A stretch of DNA of 62,706 nucleotides, filler included, from Choristocarpus tenellus KU-1152 (taxonomy: Eukaryota > Protista > Phaeophyceae), in NCBI GenBank assembly GCA_964200185.2. It is 11 parts of 11 records of this genome, joined end to end, with 100 filler letters (N's around TTAATTAATTAA, not from the genome) between each part and the next. Parts side by side here need not be neighbours in the genome. Positions count along the whole stretch, not along the records: positions 39,647 to 45,957 come from CAXNAD020008412.1; positions 46,058 to 57,038 come from CAXNAD020002588.1; 9 more parts are not named here. One strand, written 5' to 3'. A model generated the notes under the pieces. It was not told the DNA's origin and did no database searches. It saw only the letters and a list, made by a program, of their open reading frames with translations. Below, piece by piece: positions 40,070 to 52,379 of the stretch (position 1 is its first letter; the number at the start of each line of letters is the position of its first letter). A program made the translations under genes and the position numbers.

Positions 40070-40251
40070 GACTCAAAGAATCTGGGGTGGGGGGGGGTCT
40101 ACACCAGGGTGTCCATTCGGGCCCTGACCAGGAGAAGTGCACTTACATTATCCATCTGATGAATGCAGGACCATTCACCCAAAAATCGCGACATGGAAAA
40201 ATGGGCCCCAAATGGACAGCCGCCACTCCCCCCCCCCAGATATTTTGAGCC
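40070..40251 (+). mobile_element. MITE family B copy B6, 3-bp TSD ACT, inserted in the family A TIR
   Basis: act|GACTCAAAGAATCTGGGG ... CCCCAGATATTTTGAGCC|act. Confidence 0.85.
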
Positions 40252-41836
40252 ACTCACCAGTCAAATGACTGGTATGTGTGAGAGGGGACCTCTCCAATGC
40301 ATCACACATAGGACAAATCAAATCAAGTCAAATCCAATTTTGTGGGATATAAATCAATTTTTTCAACCAATCAATAGCCTTTCCTGTTTTGAGTCTGAGT
40401 TGTGCGCATTTGGGCAAATCCTCACAGATCAGCGATTTAGGAGTTTACTCTCTAATTTGTGGATCTAAGTAATTCTGTACCCATTGATGTTTATGAGAGC
40501 GGTGTGGGACAAAATGTTTCGACAAGAACATGAGATGGTTGACAAATCATCACACCACAGCGATTTTGTACAACTTGTATTCAAAAGAACAGATCCTTTT
40601 GGAGGGATTCAGTTCAATGCACTTCATGTGAGGGAACTATTCTCACATCTTTTGCAAGTTAGGAGAGTGGCACCTACAGACATTCGTAACTTTTTCATAG
40701 ACAGATGGGTGGTATGACAAAACTTGTAGACTTTTTGTTGATGATGAGGGAGGCACACCAACAAGTATTTGTATATGTTTCAACACAGGAGTGGTCATAC
40801 CGATTCGAAAAATGGAAAATCTGACGACTGATATACAGATATATATATATTCAGGTCCATGTTTTCAACTTGTAAGAGTTAAGGTACATCAATTTCACAC
40901 TCTCTATAGATGTGATGTCACCCAGGACCCTCCTGGGGCTTGCACAACATGACAGTTTAGGAAGGGGGATGATATTATTTATATTATTGTTGAGCAATAA
41001 CAGAACCATGTACTGACTGTATGTGAGTAAAGTAGTAGTAATTTAATTTAGTAATTGCATGCAGATTATTTTCCTATTGAATATCAAAGTAAGATTCGTA
41101 CACAGATTATTCTCGCATTAAATCACAATGCAAGACTTGTTACACGGTTGTTGTTCTTTCCAAGTTGATCACAACGAAGGCCTTGTACAAGACTGCTCTT
41201 TCCTGCTGAATATCAACGTAGTACAAGACTACTGCACACGGCTTCTTTTTCCCTGTGCTAAATCTCAACAAAAGCTTTCTATGTCAAGATGGAGAGGGAC
41301 AGGCCACCAATGCACAATAAATTGTGCTCACATGGTAACTAACAGGGGTCACACTGACAAATAGGGACTTGCACTTCATTCCCGAACATAGAGTTGTACT
41401 CAGTACGTGATTTGTGGAACAAGATTCCTCAGAAGAAATAACTAAAATAAAAATATTTTTTAATTATTTTTTTTCTGCTTATTTGTACAATACCAAGGAG
41501 TTGAATCACGATTTGTCCAACCTGTGGAATGCATACATCATGAAGATTCGAGGATATTAACTGACAGACTGTACTATTGGAGTGTACTCAAAGGAGCCGG
41601 AGCTTACCCATGCAAAAATTCGGAGGTATTTTTGTTAAGTCTTGACGTGAGATGAAGGATCGTGGAGAATTCCTGAACCCTTTTGCCTATCTCCGACACA
41701 TCCGTGAAATACTACCCACAAGGTAAAAGCCATGTGCGCCTGATCACAAGGAATGTTGAATGGAGTAGTATGGTAGAAAGGACAAGCAAAAATATATGCC
41801 AATGAAAGACAATAGGTCAGTCTAATCACTGTGCAC

Positions 41837-43792
41837 CTGGTTAAGCTCTGATAGTGCTGCTCCTCCAGTGGTATTATTAGTTGCGGAATCTCTTCAAAGT
41901 TGCTGGCACCACCACGATGAAGGGATGCTGTGTCAAATGTAAAGCGGACCTTCCTCTCTGATGCTTCAAGTTTTCCAAAGTCAAAGTCGACACACACTTT
42001 ATCCCCACTAGCGATTGCGTCCCCAATCTGTCCAATTGAGAGTTCACCCATGAAGGTGAGGATACTAACATAGCATTAATATTTTCTGAGTGTATATTAG
42101 CTTTTTAAATTCATATTTCAAATGCCGTTTTTCACAATATCACAGTGGTCCGACCCAAAGTATCTGGGAAGGGGTGTGTGTCTACACCAGGGTGTCCATT
42201 TGGTCCAAAATCAGGAAAAGGGCACGTTTACATTATCCATCCGACGTATGCAACCAAATCACCCAAAAATCGCAACATGAAGAAATTGACCCCAAATGGA
42301 CAGCCACCACCCTCCCCTAGATACTTCTAGCCTCCCTGGCTTAGCATCTGTGAGGGGTGATGATCAGTAGTATTTACCAATATAGTACCACTATGATTTG
42401 TCTCCTTAAGAAAAAAACGGAACTTTCACAGAAAAACGTGATGCTTCTCTCATTCTCCGATTCAACCCTGTGTCTCTTGGTTACAGCCCCTTCTGTTGAT
42501 GTTTAATTTAGCCTTTTTATTATATTTTGTTTCTTGCCAACACCCAACCCCTATCCTTACACTGAGTGAAAGTTACTGAGTTCTTTCGAGGTATTGAGTT
42601 GGGGGGGTGTAGCAGTTTGTAGTGAAGAGGTTTTACCCTATGTTCAGCACATAAGTTAGAAGGTGACGCTACCTCCACCCAATTCTAAGGCGGGTTTGTC
42701 CTCCTTTCCCTCCACCAGTAGTAGTTTATTATTGTGCTTTATCTCGGGTTTGGATTACACGACTCAACCTCCTCTTCACTGGTGTGTTAGTTCAGGTTAG
42801 AGTAGCATTAATATGTAGAACCTGATATGCAGCACCTGGGCGGACTTTCCTTTATACTCCTTAGTTCTAACAATAAGCAAAAGTGCCAGGAGATATGAAC
42901 AAGCTTCATGCACGTACTCCTTTCTTTGTTTAGGGCAAGTAGAACCTTTCTTTTCCCTAATCGATTCTGAACTTGGTTCGTTTTCGCACTAAACAAGGGG
43001 GACGCAGTCTAGTTGATTGCGATGCTCTCTGCTTACCCCACGAAATATCTCCCTCACGGCGCCGTACACCATGTCCTTTGTGAGACTGGTCGAGTAGCGT
43101 ATAGCAAGCTTGGTGAAGTTGATGATCTCTGGCGCCTTTGTAAATATGGGCGGAACCAATGGGCGCCTAAAAGATAGGTGATGTGCTCGGCAAAAGTTCT
43201 CGCTCAACACGAAAACAGGTCGAACGCGCATCTGTGTATGTATGAAATGTCGGGTGACAGCTGTATCTATATTTATTTATTTGCTGATGAGTTGAACTAA
43301 CGGAGGGAATCGTTTGGAGTGAGGTAAGTATGGTGAGTTTTCAGGAGTGGAAAATCACTGACGACAACATAGTCACGTATTTCGTCCATCGGTCTGTTGT
43401 TTTCATGCAGTTGCTTGACGGATGGCTGTGTCTCTCTTCTTGTAGAGAGAGGTGCATGTTGTTAGGAGAGGCTCGTAGGTCAAACTCCCAAAAGTCTGAT
43501 CTACTATATATTCTTGTGGTTTACAAGCCACCAGTCAGAAACACGATGATAATTGGCTTACCTCCCCCTTCAACATTCGAACGCGCTGCCAGCCCACTCG
43601 GGCGAATGGTGACATGTCTATTGCTCCGCTACACCTTATCCTGTCCAGGGCCCATTGGTTGAGGGCGCGCCACGATTGCCAGATAGCCTCTTTCGTACGA
43701 CCCAGCTGGCACTTGCCTGATGGCTTACCAGTAAAGTCAGCTCCAAGGAAGTTCAGTATAGTGTCGATGGTAACTTTTTCAGTAGTCGGCAT
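41837..43792 (-). CDS. CCDC81: CCDC81-like protein (HU-CCDC81 domains), 5' exons 43792-43562, 43231-43037, 42027-~41837; downstream exons not resolved
   Basis: Spliced product ...EAIWQSWRALNQW...RVRPVFVLSENFCRAHHL...INFTKLAIRYSTSLTKDMVYGAVREIFRG/IGDAIASGDKVCVDFDFGKLEASERKVRFTF fits the tandem HU-like domains of CCDC81 as I recall them. Confidence 0.72.
42152..42332 (+). mobile_element. MITE family B copy B7, 3-bp TSD TCC, in CCDC81-like intron 2
   Basis: tcc|GACCCAAAGTATCTGGG ... CCCTAGATACTTCTAGCC|tcc. Confidence 0.88.
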
Positions 43793-44295
43793 CACTGCTA
43801 AAGGAGCCCTCGACGCACTCAATCACCCTCCACCATAATAATATTACGGTGTCGGTCATTGAAAGTGCGATATGAGCTAAAAAAAGACTGCAGCACGGTA
43901 CACTATTGCTCGCTAACTGAACGATTCGTTGCAGTGGGTGCTGGACCCAGCGACTCTTGGTACTAGACAGGTGTAGAAGGGGTGACTGATTGGAAACTCA
44001 GGTAATCTTTGAAATGGATAAAGGACAATGGATAAAGAAGAAGTGGATTTATTCTTTTGAGACATTACAATACAAGTTTAGAAATATGGTCAACTTCTCG
44101 TACCTATTCATTCATTCTACTTTGATTTCTTTCCTTGTTACATTAACCGGACGAAACCGCCAATACAACCCGCTATAATACAATAGTGTCAGTCTCGACT
44201 TGGGTTTTTCGTTGAAAAATTGAACATTTGAACGACTAATTGAGATCAATGACACCCTTCAGGATGCAACGACATTGGGACCCTAAGCCCCCACC

Positions 44296-45843
44296 ATGGA
44301 TCGCTACACGAAGAAGGAGAAGGCTGGTTCTGGCACTTATGGAGTTGTTTACAAGAGCTGGGACGAACAGGACGAGATGTTTGTGGCCCTCAAGGTTGAA
44401 TGCTTACCTAGGGACTATTGGCCAGTGCTAAGAAATTTCTCGTGAGCCTTCCGAAATGGTTGTGTTGTTGAGTGGACATCCCATCCTGGTAGTGCGACCG
44501 AATCGCAAGGAGGGTGACGGGCTTGGAGATTGTGTGACATACCTCCCAATGCAAACCTCAGTTTCCTTTCAAGGTGACCTTGACAAGGAAGGATAGAATG
44601 AGGAGATGCACCCTACTCTGTATTTTCAATCCCTACTAGTATGTTTTCTTGACGCCTTGTAGAGTTTAAAGTAGGGACAGGTGTTGTGTGCAAAGATCCT
44701 CACAAACTGAATATGTGGTCTTCCGTCGAGCCAGCTCTCAACCGTGGTGGACTCTTCCCGCTCCCATTACACAGAGGATCAAGGTCGAGTTGGAGGATGA
44801 CGGCATCCCCGGTACGGCATTGCGAGAGATCTCTCTGCTCAAAGAGTTGAAGCATCCCAACATCGTAGAACTCAAGGTGAGAGGGCCCCATAAACAATTT
44901 CGAGACAATCGAGACGAATTGCATTCCCCTAATTGCACCCTTAAGGCTGAGGACGAGGCTTTCTCGTCGAAGGCTAGGGCAAGTGATGTGCTTAATATGG
45001 CTGACAGGCCCAAGCGTTTCTTTGAGGTTTTGCACTGGAGTAGGTCGCATAAAGAATACATGTTGCATCCTTCCAGGTGACCTGGTTCCTCCAATTGTCA
45101 AAGCCGATTTAGCAGCCGGCCATACATCTATCATATCCGTCCTTATCCAACGAGTCGCTTCCCGATTGAGCTCAATGATTTTTACTCTACATCTGAGCTC
45201 ACATTGTGTGGAAGGTTCTTCCTCAAGCTGTGTCAACTCTTGATAGTGGCCCTACCCTCGTTTCACTCATTGTTTGCATTTCGCCCAGAACTGCATTCAC
45301 AGCGACGCAAAACTGTGCCTGATCTTTGAGTGGGTGGATCAGGACCTAAAAAAGTACATGAACTCCTGTAAGGGGATGTTGGACCCCATGCTGGTCAAGG
45401 TAAGCACATTGCATCCAAAGAGTCAATTGTTAACAAATATGGGAGAGTTGGACGCATCTCTTTGTGTGGAGGTAAAAATTTCGAACTTCACATCTGGGAC
45501 AGGTTCTTGTTCTTTGCTAATAGGTCACTTTTCTATGATCTGACTGTGGGCAATAATTGGTAATCGACTAAGAGCGGGCCTTAATTTGAGGAGCCTCTGT
45601 TCCCCATCAATGAATCGAAGATTCCGGGATGATTGTTGTAAGAGACTTTTCACCTTTTTTCATCCTACCCTGCCTTACAGTAGTAGTCAAACCTCAGGAG
45701 TTAGCCAACTGATAAATACATTTTCCAGCCTCACCCTTAGCCTGTCCTTTCCTGCTTCCTGCCCCCCTCCTCTCCCCAAAGTCATACCTCCACCAGATGA
45801 TGCGAGCCCTTGATTTTTGCCATGGCCGTGGGATCATGCACCG
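44296..45843 (+). CDS. CDKA: Cyclin-dependent kinase, CDK1/CDKA-type with PGTALRE helix; exons 44296-44394, 44775-44876, 45289-45399, 45782-45843; 3' truncated
   Basis: [21 protein letters not shown]...[62 protein letters not shown]...[24 protein letters not shown]. Confidence 0.95.
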
Positions 45844-47324
45844 GTGAGCCTCCCCCCCCCTTCCCCCCCTGCCTATCAAATCATATTCACACGTTGCTAC
45901 TGGCTCTTACTTTCACATTTTCAGCTGCCTGCTTCCCTTTTGTTGTTGCACATGCGTNNNNNNNNNNNNNNNNNNNNNNNNNNNNNNNNNNNNNNNNNNN
46001 NTTAATTAATTAANNNNNNNNNNNNNNNNNNNNNNNNNNNNNNNNNNNNNNNNNNNNAGGGTGCTGTACTGGTGGTTTTAAGAGCATTTTGTTGAGATAC
46101 CAACCCGACTACCTTGAGGAACCTGGGAGAGGTTCAGAATGGAAGGACGAGGAGAAACAGAATGTCCAACATGTTACAGACAAAACTACAACAACATTAG
46201 GGAGAACCTGTGAAAAGTTGGTTCTGGAGAAGTTAAATAAGCAGACATGTCTGGCTCACAGAGTGTGAGGAAATCGAAGTCATGCCTGATGCACAGGTTC
46301 CGCAGGGAATCAGTGATTCGGAGAGGTTCCAGCCCAGGGCCACACCTGATGAGAATTCCCACAGCAGCCGTGACAGCTCAACACGTTCATGCATCGCGTT
46401 CACACAGCAACAACTTAACCCCTTTCTGCATCGAGTTCCTCGAACAACCTTATGTCTGACTCTCTTAGGACACACAGTGATCTTCTGAGTCACTAATCTA
46501 AAATCAAGGTTCAAGCATCACAGGGCAGTCCCTCTAGGTTCCTCGAGAAGACATAGCAGGAACCCAGTGGGTCCACATTTTGGTGAGAGGATGCTACCTT
46601 TCACATAGCCAGTCGAAAATCGCAGTAAAGGTTGCGGTGAGATGTTTGAAGACAGAGGAAGGAGAGTCGTGGAAGGGTGCGGCCAATCGCCTAGTTTTTT
46701 TGGACTATTAAGCTTATACCGTGGACTCCCGGATGAATAATACAAATGGAGCTCTTTTTTTCGAGGCGGATACATAGGTGAAAATCAACCACCTTGATTT
46801 GTGGGAACAACCCCTCCCAACTCTCCGTAATGTCCTACAACAAATCCCAATCCAGTATGGTATTTTTTTTTCGCGAAGAAATTAGTTAGAAACCCAGTTC
46901 TCCCACTAGCAATTTCGTAGAATAATCCTTTAGGGAACGAAATGGTGAACTGTGGAATCAAAGCACGATGGATCTCTCTGATAACCATAAATATATAGGA
47001 ATTATCCAATCGAAGTGACCAATAAGCATTTGTTCCAGCAAATCCAAATGCTGTAAAATCTGTATCGTACAACGATAAGACCATCTATACGCACGTTTTG
47101 TTTTGCTGTGTTTGGTTTTGCTATTATTTGGTGAAAAACTGAACGGGAAAAAGAAAACTGGAAAAATGTGACTGAAGAGAGTTATACGATGGATTTCATG
47201 TCGATTATACCGACGCTTGGTGTTGTACAAACAAGACCTCCCAATGACACCCATCACACCGCTCCACTGTAATGTCTAACCCTCGAAAATCAATATCGAT
47301 ACAAGATTCTTGGAACACTGAATC

Positions 47325-48954
47325 ATGGCTTATCGGGATGCGGTCACGCCCATAGGCTTCGAGCTGAATGCTGCGATGTCATGGGTACTAAAGAGACTGA
47401 AAAAGACGTGCGGTTCAAAGATGACCGCTGCTCATTTGAAGTCATACGAAGCGGTTCCCATTGCCTATGCAGCGAGGTCTGTGAAGGAAAGCGGTAGCAC
47501 AGTTTCACGGAATTCGACATGCCTTGGCAACCCAAGCATACATGGAAGTGGTGATTCCTGGATTCTTGAAATGGTTAGGAGAGGAAGCCCCAGACTTGAC
47601 CCCCCCGACTCTTACGAAGGAAGTTTTTGGAGCAGACAACGTTGGGAATCGGGAAGAAGACCATTCCCAAGACATTCTTAACTGCAAACACTTCGATATG
47701 GTCTAGGTGGACTAATGCACAGAAGATTGTCACCAATGTGTACATCCCCCTCTGGTTGACGTGAGTATGAGAGTAGATGTTGCCTGACCTCCTCTGGTGT
47801 ATTGCATTTCACTTTCCTAGGTTACACACCTGAAATCCAAAATTGCAACGCTCAATGGTGAGTATCTTAACATACACGCATCCAAGACTTTTCTTCCTTC
47901 CCAGTCTTGCTCCTGGAGGAAAGTTGCGGTCTGGGGAGCAAGAGACGGACTGCCTGCAGAAGCTGTGCGACCTGTTGTGGGAGGAACAGGAGAAATCGAG
48001 GATTACTGGGAGTATCATCGACCTTGTTGGAGGGGGGGAGGACGAAGTCGAATCTCCAGCGGCGACTGAAGCTAAAGTGGTGGGGTCTGATTTAGGAGGT
48101 CTCACTTCCAATCCTGCCAGCGCCACCCCAGAAAGGCCCAGCGACAAACTACCCTCTCCTGGATCAGGCGGGAGGCCTTTACCCCAGGTTTCCCCTATTC
48201 CCCCCCCTCCAAAAAAAATGCCAGATGGTTAGTTCCCTCCATATCTTCTCCCGTTCGCAGTGTATGGACCCCTGTCCAATGATGTGCTCCAAGACTTGGA
48301 TATGAGTTTGAGTGAGGGACCCCCACAAGAAAGGTCGACATCCTGTGACTTCAGCAAGGATGGGGGGTCAGTGGAATCCTCTTCAATGGAGGATGTGGAG
48401 GCTATGAGGAGGTTCAGGCTAGCAGCAAACCCAGGACCGAGGAGTTGACAGCAGTTACGGAGGGCTGCTGAGGAGGACTTGAAGTTGGAAGCAGAGTCAA
48501 GGAAAAAAAGTAGGATGGACGACCACATTATTAGTGCTCTCGTATCCACACTGGATGATGCGTCTAGAGACATGAGGAGACATATAGAAATCATGGAAGA
48601 AAAGGCTACTGCTACAGAAGATAGGAAGAAAAGGATGGAAGATAGGTGCAAATTTGACGGAATGCTCAAGACCGCTAAGCAAGCTTGGCGGACTTTGAGA
48701 AGAGTGGTGATACTGTTCGGGCAGAGTTCTGTAGGAAACGGTATGAGGAACTGGTGGCAGTAAGGCTGAACGAGAATATCAGTGGTGCTGGGGTGATGTT
48801 GGGAAGTGGTGGGACAGTGGTGAAGGGGGGCTCAAGGGATTTGGAGCCAGATAGTGGCAAAGGGGAGGTTGACTTGGGGGCTTTGGGAACAAGCAGTGGA
48901 AAAGGGGGGGTTGACTTGCGGACTTTGGGGACAGGCAGCATCGTGGGGGGATAG
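47325..48954 (+). pseudogene. Disrupted accessory ORF (ORF2) of a PIF/Harbinger element
   Basis: Near-continuous coding-like sequence broken by two stops (TAG 48230, TGA 48446) and frameshifts; ends in a coiled-coil. It converges on the Harbinger transposase, the usual two-ORF layout. Identity inferred from position. Confidence 0.55.
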
Positions 48955-49729
48955 ACTTGGGGAATCAGTTGTGACAACACAGCTGTAGTGTAGTGCTCAG
49001 TAGTCTTTTACAGCAGTGCCATGCACATAGGTGTACCATCATCACACTGGACGGCATTGGCAAATCTTTGTTTAAATTTGAGGTAATTTGATACTTTATG
49101 GAATATATTTTTGTGTAAAGTCCTCTTTATCTTGAGCTTCTGATGCATAACCAAACAAAGCTGTCAACCCTGACCTTGTGTCATGACCTCGAGCAAGGTT
49201 AAAGTAACGATGGTGATCCCAGCGCTCTTCAGAAGGTTGGTTAGGGTATTATATTATCCAATACTCAGAACGAAGTGAGCTGCTCTTGTCCACGAGGACA
49301 ATCTTTACCTAAATACATTGTCAACAACCAGTGAGAATTAATTCTTCCTTTTGATTGTTGACTCCCAGTCACTCTCTACATTGTACTGGCAAATGACTCT
49401 TTGTCCTGTATTATGTCTTCCTACCTCTTCTTGTATGTACTTCAAAAAAGCAAAATGCCAATTCTATCACGGAACGTGTTAATAGCGAAAAATGCAAAGC
49501 ACTGTTTGACAAGCAAGATCCCACCATCAGAACCTCATCCAAACAAACTCTCCGTTTCCTTCCTTGTACTTGTAGTGTGCTATGAGCCTATTCCTAAGCT
49601 CATCAAATCCCATCTCCCTCTTCACATACTCTTCAGACCCCCCTCCCTCCTGGTCCCTTGGCATGCCCATCTGTGCGAAATCAGTGTAAGGGCCACTGTA
49701 GAAGGCATCATGCAGACCAACATCCCCTG

Positions 49730-50490
49730 TTTAATAAGTGTTGCCCTCCAACTCTCCAAGGCCATCATATGAATGAAGTATATTTTGCAATATGCAGCAA
49801 GCGAAGATTTTTTTTTCTATCTTCTTCCTTTCCGAATATGGTAGTGGCAGCTTAAGGATTCTGAGGCGACCCTTGACTCTGCCAAAAATGCACTCGACAT
49901 CCTTGTGTACACTCTCCTTTCGTTCGCTCCACCTTGCCTCTGCCTGTGTGACAGATGCCCTCAGGGGGCATATTGTGCACTTCCACTGCAAATGCAAAGA
50001 TCGGGTTCGGCAAAGGAACGTTGACTTGCTAGTTTGATGAGCACTCATTTTCACAGGAGCTAACCCTAACATAGGCATGGCCGTACAGTCACGTTTTCCT
50101 GTCACCTTGTGGTAGCCCCCATCGACAAGGACATAGGCCCCTTTCTCCGTGTAACAGTTCCTGGCGGAGTCCTTGGCGTTGTATTCCAGCTGTCTGTATG
50201 TGGGGTCATTCCTAAGTTTCTGGATAGCACCACCATATCAAATTATTGTCTTATCATTTTTGGCTCCAGGAAACCCAGTCGTCACTCCCCGCGCAAATCC
50301 AGTATGGTCAACGGTCACTTCATAGGCGATCGTCGCGTAACCCTCCTTACCAATGTAAAACGGGGCATCACTAATGGGCGCCCTCTCCCACCGCACATGT
50401 GTCACATTCGTGGAACCCACAGCACCGGGAAACCCCACAGCTCCATACGTGTGCATGACCTTTCGCCCTCTGGTAGATAAATCCACTTAG
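49730..50490 (-). mobile_element. PIF/Harbinger DDE transposase pseudogene with a 120-bp intron (49986-50105)
   Basis: GFPGAVGSTNVTHVRWERAP...GKEGYATIAYEVTVDH...GFPGAKNDKTII*...LVDGGYHK|intron|WKCTICP...ESVHKDVECIFGRVKGRLRIL...ACCILQNIL. First catalytic D is N; internal stop; 5' part missing. Confidence 0.88.
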
Positions 50491-52062
50491 AGTACATATC
50501 ACACGCAAAACACTCATAGAAGGGGTGAAACGTGGTTTGTGCTGTGCTCTCAGATATACCAGAAAGTTGATCGATATCATCAAAGCAGTTTCCCCTGGCG
50601 AGGATTTGGAGGACCTATATCAAGAGACTTGAATCGAACAGGTGTACTGATGATCTTCGCCTTGATTGATTGTATTGATGTTATTCTCATATTATTACCC
50701 TGTCACCACCTTTATCGCAGTAGCAGGCATGTGATTCAAAGTTCCAGAAATTAATAATATGATACTTGAAGTCACAACATTTTTTTTTTCCATTAAGAAT
50801 CCAACAAAAGTTTGTAATATACCATTGTAGTAATAATGAAATAGATAATCTAACATAATAGTGTATGTGTGCGCTCTGAGTGTGTCTCAACGATGAAGAT
50901 GCAGAAAATAATAGTTCAACCTGATTTTACAATAGATGTATAAAAATAAAAAGATTGAAAAGAAAGGGACCAATTCATTCATTGCAGAGAGAGAGAGAGA
51001 GAGAGCATAATTATCAACACCCCCCCCCTTCTCACCGAAACAATCCTAACAAAATCTCTTCGCCCTTTACTATTGAACTGAGAATAAAAATACTTCCCCA
51101 ATAATATTTTATAAAACAAAAAACAGTCAACTCACTATCACGATGAGTAAATTAATTAGCTGCAAACAAAAGTATATACAAACACATAAGAGCATTCCCA
51201 TTAGAAGCACTCACCCAACCAGCAACAAGCAAAGTATTAAAAAAAAGTATTTAAAAAAGCATAAAAAAGTAGCCATATTTAACACAAGTAAAATATAAAA
51301 CCACATTCACTCGTGTTTCTCCTTCACCCACTAATATTACTGTACTAACAGACAGCGCTGAGTAAAAGGAGACCGACTCTTGCATTCCTCTTCCTCTTCC
51401 ACATAGATCTAAAAAAAAAAAACCCAGGAACCTTGATCGGAAACCACAAGCGATATACTCCGAAAAAATGTCATTTGCACAGAAACGCGCCATTCCCCCA
51501 ATTCCCCCCTCCCCCACACATAACTTTACCCCTTGATTTCCCCACATCCGTGGACAACACTAAACAGTATCGCTGGCAAAAATTATAAACCTCTACAGAT
51601 ACATCACATATTCAGAAGACAACAAAAAACGACATTCACCGCGATTGGTGATAGTATGTGCTGGGTCGATGAGGCAATCAGAAGTGTTTGATGTGAAATG
51701 AAGTAGGAGCAGGCACCATGAGGAAGTATGTGCGGGTTGTACACACATCGATACAAGTTAGAAGGAAGTGAAGCACAGGTTCACTAACCACTGTCCACAG
51801 GTAGATTGAAGAGAGAGTTGATATCATGTCATCAATAAATGATATGTTGTCATGCTAGCTTCACTGTATCCCCTGCCTGACCCCCCATGTTAAAAGTATC
51901 CCCCGAATCATGTATGAGTAGAAGAGACAAACACAGGAATGTTGTTACCAAATGTTGTAGAGTGATTAATCCCGACCAGAGGGGTGACCACACCGCCTCA
52001 AGTCACCACGCTTATTAGAGTCAGCTCCTACCCATTCCTTCATAATATATACAAGAACAAAT

Positions 52063-52320
52063 GAGTGAAAGTATCTTGGAGGGTACGAATTTTGTCCTGT
52101 TTGTCCATGTGGGGCTTGGTTTCCCATGGGTTTTTATTGATATTTTACCTACTCCAAAATGTTTCGGAGTAGATAAAATGTGTACGTTATGAAATGGATT
52201 ATCCAGACAAGGATATTGACATCTCCTAACAAACACGATAGTCAAAATTACATCAAAATTGCAACATTGGATTTTGGTCCCCAAATGGACGCGGCTGTAC
52301 CCTCTAAGATACTTTGGCTC
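52063..52320 (+). mobile_element. MITE family A copy A6, 4-bp TSD AAAT
   Basis: aaat|GAGTGAAAGTATCTTGGAGGGTAC ... GTACCCTCTAAGATACTTTGGCTC|aaat. Confidence 0.9.
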
Positions 52321-52379
52321 AAATCTGGGTTTACTATCAAATAACTCTTGTATTCTGACTCCAAATACATACTACTAGT

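Larger units (their letters stand above)
39647..40255 (-). mobile_element. MITE family A copy A5, interrupted by two family B insertions
   Basis: Family A sequence resumes on both sides of 39686-39865 and 40070-40251; its TIR ...GATACTTTCACTC is split at ACT. Confidence 0.82.
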
